This document shows, one piece after another, positions 57,016-64,000 of a stretch of 64,000 bases of DNA. The notes under the pieces were generated by a model that was not told where the DNA came from, searched no databases, and was given only the letters and a program-made list of their open reading frames with translations. The DNA comes from Desulfobacterales bacterium (GTDB lineage: Bacteria > Desulfobacterota > Desulfobacteria > Desulfobacterales > UBA5852): NCBI GenBank assembly GCA_963674755.2, contig CAXXVS010000002.1:32001-96000 (forward strand), read 5' to 3'. A program made the position numbers and the translations under genes. Position 1 is the stretch's first letter, and the number at the start of each line of letters is the position of its first letter.

Positions 57016-57022
57016 GGAGACC

Positions 57023-57158
57023 AAGGGTTTTATGGATTTAAGGTTTTATGGTTAACGTCAAAATTCTTAAAACAATACAGGCTTAAATCACACTGCTTGG
57101 ATGCGAGCAATTCTCGTTGTTTTCCCTTAAAATCCTAAAACTTTAAATCCATAAAACT
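57023..57158. repeat. ~130-bp intergenic repeat family (copy B)
   Basis: ttatggatttaaggttttatggttaacgtcaaa..tgcttggatgc..cgttgttttcccttaaaatcctaaa. Confidence 0.75.
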
Positions 57159-57193
57159 TCGCCCTTAACCACTTCTTCCAACCCCAAAAAACG

Positions 57194-57220
57194 AAAAGCC
57201 TCCCGCATTGGGAGGCTTTT
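57194..57220. terminator. Bidirectional intrinsic terminator
   Basis: AAAAGCCTCCC-GCATT-GGGAGGCTTTT between convergent genes. Confidence 0.85.
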
Positions 57221-57247
57221 GATATCAGGGGACTGCAGGGCGCGGGT

Positions 57248-57975
<728 letters not shown>

Positions 57976-57979
<4 letters not shown>

Positions 57980-58989
57980 GAGACGAGCATCCTCCTTTCC
58001 AGATACTGCGTCAGCATGGACAGCGAAAATGTGAGCACCAGATACAACAAGGCACAGATAAACCACATTTCAAAGGGCTGCAGACTGGTTGTAACCACTT
58101 CCCGGGTCGCTTTGGTCAGTTCCCGGATAGCGATGATGCCGAGCAGGGAGGAATCTTTGATCAGGCTGATGAACTGGCCCGCCAAAGGCGGAATGATCCG
58201 ACGCAGCGCCTGGGGTAGAATGACGTGATACATGCCCTGCAAGTAGTTCATGCCCAGCGAGCGGGCCGCCTCGGTCTGGCCCCGATGAATCGACTGGATG
58301 CCCGCGCGCACGATTTCGGCCACATAGGCACCGGCGAAACAGGCCAGCGAGGCCGTGCCGTACCAGAGATCCGGAATTTCAGGCAATCCGGCATGGGCCA
58401 GCAGGGTATTGAAAAGCGTACCCAGCACGAAATACCAGATAAAGATCTGAACGAGCAGGGGGGAGCCGCGAATGATTTCAATGTAGGTGATGGCCGCCCA
58501 TTTGAGGGCCGGATTGGAGGATATCCGGAACAATCCGCCGAAAAGTCCGATGATCATGCCGAAAAACGTGGCAATGACACTGATCTTGAGGGTCATCCAC
58601 AACCCCTGCAGGAGCAACCCCGCTTTCCACTTCTTGGAGGTCCCCAGCACATCGGCGGGATAAATATAATCGCCCTCGCTAACCCTCACGTCGCCGCCCG
58701 GCACGAAATAGGACTCACTGATTCCGGAATCGTTTTTTACGGTGACGGACTTGCCACCGTCGGCCGGGTTTATGGCGGCGACGGTGCCCTCGATCTCGGC
58801 CCGGACATCGACGGTGTCCTCAAAGAAAAAATACTGGGGCACCCGGTACCAGCGCCAGACATAATCAATTTGCTTGGTTGAATAATACAACCCGGCAATG
58901 AGTCCTCCCAGACAGAGAAAAAAAACCCCAACCCAGAGGTAGTAGGAGAAATCTTTCCTTAAAACACCTATTTTCCCTGTTGCATTCAT
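57976..58989 (-). CDS. Polar amino acid ABC transporter permease
   Basis: [41 protein letters not shown]. Confidence 0.95.
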
Positions 58990-59151
58990 AGGATCCCAAT
59001 TCACTTCCATGCTGCGGTTGGATTCTACGGGTTTGAACCCCGGAGGATGATCTGGCGGTCCAGATGCCTCGCGGCGCGTTGCTCGCAGACCGGAGGGACT
59101 TTGTTGCCCCACCGGCCTGCGTTGAGGTGGATAACCGGCATTAGGCCGCGG

Positions 59152-59979
59152 CTATTGGACTTCGCCCAGCCAATCGGTGCTCAGGATCCATTTGTTATAC
59201 ATGCGATCGTAGCGGCCGTCGTTTTTGACCTGGCGCAGGAAGTTGTTCAGCCAGTTCATGAAATCCGGATCGCCTTTGCGGATGGCCCAGGCCAGGGGCT
59301 CGTAGGTGAAGGGCTCCTCGAGAAAAAAGAGGGCGCCGGCTCCCTGCTGGGCGAAAAAGGAGCCGCAGTAGGGCAGGTCGTATACAAAGGCATCGGCCTT
59401 CCCGTTGACCACTTCCATGGCGGCCTCGGACTCGGCCTCGAAAGATTTATAGGTCGCCTTGGGCATGTACTGCTTGACGGCCTTTTCACCGGTGGTGCCC
59501 AGCTTGGAGGTGATGATATACTTGGGGTCATTGAGGTCTTTGTAGGATTTGATCTTGCCTTCGAGCTTCTTGTTGACCAGCAGGGTCTGTCCTACGACGA
59601 TGTAGGGATCGGCAAAATTGATCTGCAGGTTGCGCTCCTGGGTCACCGTCATGCCGCTCATGATGATGTCGAACTTGTTTGTCAGCAGGGCGGGGATGAT
59701 GCCGTCCCAGGCGGTGTTGACGGGCACGAACTTGACGCCCATGGCTTTGGCCATTTCCTTGGCCATGTCGATGTCGAAGCCCACGAAATTGCCCTTCTTG
59801 TCGGTCATCTCAAACGGCATGTAGGCGGCTTCAAATCCCACCCGCAGTTCGCCTCTTTCGAGAATCGTGTTCAGGGTGGATTTCTTGGCCAGTTCGATGT
59901 CGTCGGCCATTGCAAAGGGAACGGCAAGGGCTAGGATCGCCAGTGCTGCCATAAGACCCAACCAAAAACGCTTTTTCAT
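59152..59979 (-). CDS. Polar amino acid ABC transporter substrate-binding protein
   Basis: Signal peptide after strong RBS AGGAGG; PFE...GFDID, WDGIIPAL, SGMTVT.ER. Confidence 0.95.
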   Translation of the reverse strand: MKKRFWLGLMAALAILALAVPFAMADDIELAKKSTLNTILERGELRVGFEAAYMPFEMTDKKGNFVGFDIDMAKEMAKAMGVKFVPVNTAWDGIIPALLTNKFDIIMSGMTVTQERNLQINFADPYIVVGQTLLVNKKLEGKIKSYKDLNDPKYIITSKLGTTGEKAVKQYMPKATYKSFEAESEAAMEVVNGKADAFVYDLPYCGSFFAQQGAGALFFLEEPFTYEPLAWAIRKGDPDFMNWLNNFLRQVKNDGRYDRMYNKWILSTDWLGEVQ

Positions 59980-60160
59980 TCCTCTCCTCCTTGAGTAGAT
60001 AAGGTTGTCGTCAGCCGCCGCCCCCTGGTGCGGGTCAGGCGCGCGGCTGAAATTGCCTTGGCCGTCCCCGGTGGAACGGGCCGGCCGGTGGGGTTTACCC
60101 GGCCGAGGCGGACCGTCGGCAGACGGTGTCATCGGCAGGGCGTCGTGCCTGGACGACGTC

Positions 60161-60180
60161 CATCTGACATATGTCATATG
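60161..60180. promoter_or_regulatory. Palindromic operator candidate in divergent ABC/pfk promoter
   Basis: CATCTGACATATGTCATATG: 20-bp palindrome with one mismatched pair, perfect 12-bp core. Confidence 0.5.
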
Positions 60181-60333
60181 TTGCCGTTTGGTCAAGGGAA
60201 ATGGGGGAAATCCATTGAATTCCCGCCGCTCTCTATGCTATTAAAAAACCGTTTCCCCAGCCGGGCTTTTCTGCCGAAATCCGTGTTGATGCCGCCTGCG
60301 CGGCCCACCTATGCGAACCAACGGGAGAGATCC

Positions 60334-62424
60334 ATGACCGTCAGCGACAATTCCCAACTTCAAAAACTCATGCAAACGCCGGAAGTCCGCAACGCCATCA
60401 GCAGTCTCAACGAGGGCATGGCCCAGCGGCGCGCGTTCAAACCGCCACGCTGCCCGGTTTTCGATCACCCCTACACCGTACTGGAAGAAAAACGGGGCTA
60501 CCGTTTCGAGATCGATGCCGAGGCCCAACGACAGCTGCCGCGTATCATCGACAACCCGGTGCAGGTGGTGGTGGGATGCGACGAGCTGGACGACCCCGAG
60601 TGCCGGGCCTATGAGCGGCCGCATACGGTGGGTATTGTCTTCTCCGGCGGGCCGGCTCCGGGGGGGCACAACGTGATCGCCGGCTTGTTCGACGCCCTGC
60701 GGGCCGCCAATCCGGCCAGCCGCCTGATCGGGTTCCTAATGGGGCCCGACGGCATCATCGAAGGCGAGACCATCGAGATTACGGACGAACTGGTGGACCA
60801 GTACCGCAACATCGGCGGGTTCACCATGATCCGCACCGGGCGCACCAAGATCGACACGCCCGAAAAGATGGCCCTTTCCCGCAAGACCTGCCAGGACATG
60901 GGCCTGGACGCCCTGGTGGTGGTGGGAGGTGACGACTCCAACACCAATGCGGCTTTCCTGGCCCACGAGATGCTGGACGACGGCATCCAGGTGATCGGCG
61001 TACCCAAAACCATCGATGGGGACGTGCAAGTACGCGACGCCGACGACAACGTGCTGTGCGCCATTTCTTTCGGTTTTCACTCCGCGGCCCGGGCCTTCTC
61101 CCAGGATATTTCCAACCTCTGCAACGACTGCAGTTCGGACCGCAAATACTGGCACATCTGCAAGGTCATGGGGCGCTCGGCCAGCCACCTGGCTCTGGAA
61201 GTGGCCCTCCAGACCCACGCCAACATGACCTTGATCGGGGAAGATCTGGCCGATTTCGTGGACGAACGACGAATCCAGGCGGCGGCCGAAAGCGGGGCCA
61301 CCGACTTCACCGCTTTCGGCATCACCCTGCGCCACCTCTCGCGGGTCATCTGCGACGGCATCGTGCGCCGGGCGGCGGTGGGCAAAAACTGCGGGGTGCT
61401 CGTGATCCCGGAGGGGCTGCTGGAGTTCATCAACGAGATCCAGGTCTTCATCATCAAGCTTTCCACCATCATCGCCGACTACAACAACAAGCACGACCTG
61501 GATTTTCACGCCAGCTACCCGCGTCTGGAAAGCAAGCTGGAATACCTGCGGCGCCTCTCCAAGGATATCGCGGATGACGCCAACCAGGGGGTCTGGACCG
61601 CCCGGGACGACGAATTGTTCAACGACATCCCGGCGTTCTTCCAGGAGGGGCTGCTCACCGAGCGCGACAGCCACGGCAACTTCCAGTTCTCCCTGGTGGA
61701 GACGGACAAGGTGCTGATGGGGCTGGTGAAGGACTATCTGACGATCCTGCTGGAAAAAGGCCTCTACAAAATGGGCATCGAGCGGGCTTACTACAAGAAG
61801 ACCATGCTGCGGGGCGGCCTCGATCCGGAAGAATATGCCCAAGCGCTCTTCGCGGATCCGGCGGCCGACTACCTGCTGGTCAAGGAATCCATCATTTCCC
61901 AGAAGACCCTCAAACAGGCCCTGGTCAAGGCCGGGCTTATCAAGGAAAACGACGAGATCCCGCCGGCGGCGGCCAAGATTTTCAGCCAGTCCGTGCCCGG
62001 TTTCAAAACCCAGACCCATTTCTACGGCTACGACGGCCGGGGAAGCAATCCCACGCGCTTCGACTGCAATTACACTTACAACCTGGGGCTGACCGCCTTC
62101 AGTCTGATCGCCAACGGGGCCACGGGCCAGATGGCCGCCATCCGCAATCTGGAGAAAGACTTCTCCGAGTGGGAACCCATCGGCGTGCCCATCGCTCCCC
62201 TGATGCATCTGGAAGAGCGCAAGGGCAAACTCGCCCTGGTGCTGGAGAAGAGTCTGGTGGACATCAATTCCTTAGCCTTTCAGATCGTCAAGGCCTGTCG
62301 GGAGGAGTGGCTGGGGGCCGCACCGGGCGAAGACCGCTACCGTCGCCCGGCGCCCATCCTTTTCGACGGGCACAGCGAGGATGAGCGGCCGTTGACGTTG
62401 GAACTCAACCGGCTATCGCTTTAA
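60334..62424 (+). CDS. pfp: Pyrophosphate-dependent phosphofructokinase (long type)
   Basis: SGGPAPGGHNVI, GGDDSNTNAA, PKTIDGD, MGR motifs; start MTVSDNS after GGAGAG. Confidence 0.9.
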   Translation: MTVSDNSQLQKLMQTPEVRNAISSLNEGMAQRRAFKPPRCPVFDHPYTVLEEKRGYRFEIDAEAQRQLPRIIDNPVQVVVGCDELDDPECRAYERPHTVGIVFSGGPAPGGHNVIAGLFDALRAANPASRLIGFLMGPDGIIEGETIEITDELVDQYRNIGGFTMIRTGRTKIDTPEKMALSRKTCQDMGLDALVVVGGDDSNTNAAFLAHEMLDDGIQVIGVPKTIDGDVQVRDADDNVLCAISFGFHSAARAFSQDISNLCNDCSSDRKYWHICKVMGRSASHLALEVALQTHANMTLIGEDLADFVDERRIQAAAESGATDFTAFGITLRHLSRVICDGIVRRAAVGKNCGVLVIPEGLLEFINEIQVFIIKLSTIIADYNNKHDLDFHASYPRLESKLEYLRRLSKDIADDANQGVWTARDDELFNDIPAFFQEGLLTERDSHGNFQFSLVETDKVLMGLVKDYLTILLEKGLYKMGIERAYYKKTMLRGGLDPEEYAQALFADPAADYLLVKESIISQKTLKQALVKAGLIKENDEIPPAAAKIFSQSVPGFKTQTHFYGYDGRGSNPTRFDCNYTYNLGLTAFSLIANGATGQMAAIRNLEKDFSEWEPIGVPIAPLMHLEERKGKLALVLEKSLVDINSLAFQIVKACREEWLGAAPGEDRYRRPAPILFDGHSEDERPLTLELNRLSL

Positions 62425-62425
62425 G

Positions 62426-63122
62426 AAGTGGTTAAGTTTTAAGTGATTAAGTTTTAAGTGATTAAGTGGTTAAGGTAAAAACTGCGGTTAGGCGCGTCAG
62501 CTCATGAATTGGTAGTGGGAACGTTTATGTTTCAGGGCTTTAAGGGGAACAACAGGGAGCGTCCGCATCCAAGCGACGCGATTTCGGCCTTTATGGTGTT
62601 AATGCGTTTGACGCTACCCATAACCTTAAATGCCTAAAGCTCTATAACCTTTCATTCAATTCCCTTGGTGGTTCGATCCCGATTTCATACCGATAGTCGC
62701 TATGAGTCCCGAAGCCTACTTTTCTTCTTCTTTTGGTCCTTAGTTTCGATTTAAGCCCTCCACCTCTGGTGGAGGACCCGGAGAGGTTTTACCGATCCGG
62801 GGTGGCTTTACATCAATTGGTTCCTTCATTTTCTTTCACGTGAAAGAAAACAGAAGCAAAAGAAAACGCCCGTGTCCCGCTTAATCCTGCGCGTCGTCGA
62901 GGTGGCCGGAGCGCGCGGAAACTCGCTTTGCTCAGACAGTCCGCGCGCTTTTTTCCGGCCGCATCGCCGATGCTCGGCGCGGGACAAAGGGAAATTCAAA
63001 ACCAAAACCTCAAAAACTGTTTTCCAGCCCCCTTCGAGGGGGCTTCCTGAGGCCTCCCGCTAAGCGGGAGGAGGCTCATTGAAGTTACCTTAACCACTTA
63101 AAACTTAATCACTTAACCACTT
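62426..63122. repeat. Composite repeat spacer: inverted TTAAGTG arms enclosing repeat copy C (62521-62650) and several hairpin elements
   Basis: Left arm 62426-62478 and right arm 63085-63122 are reverse-complementary heptad arrays; hairpins at 62757-62775, 63026-63044, 63053-63071. Confidence 0.75.
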
Positions 63123-64000
63123 TAAAAAACAACCGCCTGCCCATCCTTCCGCGGATCCGACCCGGCCCAATAGACATCGCCCTGTTTGAGAATGAGCTGG
63201 GCGCCGCCGTAGCCCCAATAGGGATCCTCATCGATGATGACATGGCCCCGCCGGGCCAGCTCGTCCTTTATCCCGGCCGGGATGCCGGGCTCCAGGCTGA
63301 TGCGTCCGTCTTCGGCAATGTGCCAGCGCGGCGCATCACAGGCCGCCTGGGGATTCTGGCTGTAGTCGAAGAGCCGCACCACCATCTGGAGGTGTCCCTG
63401 GGGCTGCATGTAGCCCCCCATCACCCCGAAGCTCAACAGGGGCTGCCCGTTGCGGGTGACAAAGCCGGGAATGATGGTGTGGTAGGGGCGTTTGCTGCCG
63501 CCCACTTCATTGGGGTGGTTCTTTTCCAGGGTGAAGCCCAGGGCCCGGTTCTGGAGGCTGATGCCGGTGCCCGGCACCACTACGCCGGAGCCGAAGCCCG
63601 TGAAATTGGACTGGATCATGGAAACCATCCCGCCGTTGTGATCGGCGGCGGTCAGGTAGACCGTGCCGGCATCGAAAGGCAGGCTGCCGGCGGGCGCGGC
63701 GGCCCGGTCCGGGCGGATGGTCTCGGCCTGGCGGGTCAGGAAATCGGGTGCCAATAGATCTGCCGGGGTCACCCGCATGCAGCGGGGATCGGCGATGTGG
63801 CAGGCCGCCAGGGCGAACCCGATCTTCATGGCTTCGATCTGGAGGTGCAGGCTGTCGGCGGAATCCACCGGGTGGGTCCCCAGGTCGAAACAGGCCAGAA
63901 CCCCCAGGGCGATCAGGGCGGCCAACCCCTGACCGTTGGGCGGAATTTCGTGAACTTCCACATCCCGGTAGGCCACGGAAAGCGGCGTGACCCACTCGCA
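63122..64000 (-). CDS. ggt: Gamma-glutamyltransferase family protein (3' part; 5' end outside window)
   Basis: EIPPNGQG, GTVYLTAAD (Thr nucleophile), SNF.GFGSG, KRPYHTIIP, GVMGG.MQPQGH, SDPRKDG. Confidence 0.95.
   Translation of the reverse strand, partial: CEWVTPLSVAYRDVEVHEIPPNGQGLAALIALGVLACFDLGTHPVDSADSLHLQIEAMKIGFALAACHIADPRCMRVTPADLLAPDFLTRQAETIRPDRAAAPAGSLPFDAGTVYLTAADHNGGMVSMIQSNFTGFGSGVVVPGTGISLQNRALGFTLEKNHPNEVGGSKRPYHTIIPGFVTRNGQPLLSFGVMGGYMQPQGHLQMVVRLFDYSQNPQAACDAPRWHIAEDGRISLEPGIPAGIKDELARRGHVIIDEDPYWGYGGAQLILKQGDVYWAGSDPRKDGQAVVF

Overview
Bacterial chromosomal window, mostly GC-rich. Gene content suggests a Desulfobacterota/deltaproteobacterial genome (inference). Housekeeping genes sit at both ends: acyP, ftsY and smc on the left; galE, an OmpA/Pal-like gene, a polar amino acid ABC transporter, PPi-PFK and ggt on the right. 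Between them is a ~47 kb surface-polysaccharide region. It encodes Wza, an ExeA-like ATPase, a DnaJ-domain protein, Wzc, a PHP phosphatase, an O-antigen ligase and a WecA-like transferase, plus a visibly lower-GC cassette of glycosyl-, methyl-, carbamoyl-, sulfo- and amidotransferases with Wzx and a probable Wzy. The most notable item is a complete lasso-peptide (RiPP) cluster at 42.5-50.7 kb, co-oriented with and overlapping the glycosyltransferase operon. It comprises an ABC exporter, nucleotidyltransferase, B1 (PqqD/RRE), B2 peptidase, cyclase, an HPr-kinase-like kinase, and two precursors absent from the ORF track (predicted cores GGSGRKPENWPQQRHRYP and AGSRGWREGWWHRDDPGRRS). Intergenic spacers outside the low-GC cassette carry MITE-like foldback elements, a second ~130-bp repeat family, and strand-asymmetric 7-9-nt microrepeat arms, one set flanking a decayed four-helix-bundle gene. 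No tRNA, rRNA or CRISPR array was seen. All calls come from reading motifs by eye; no searches were run.
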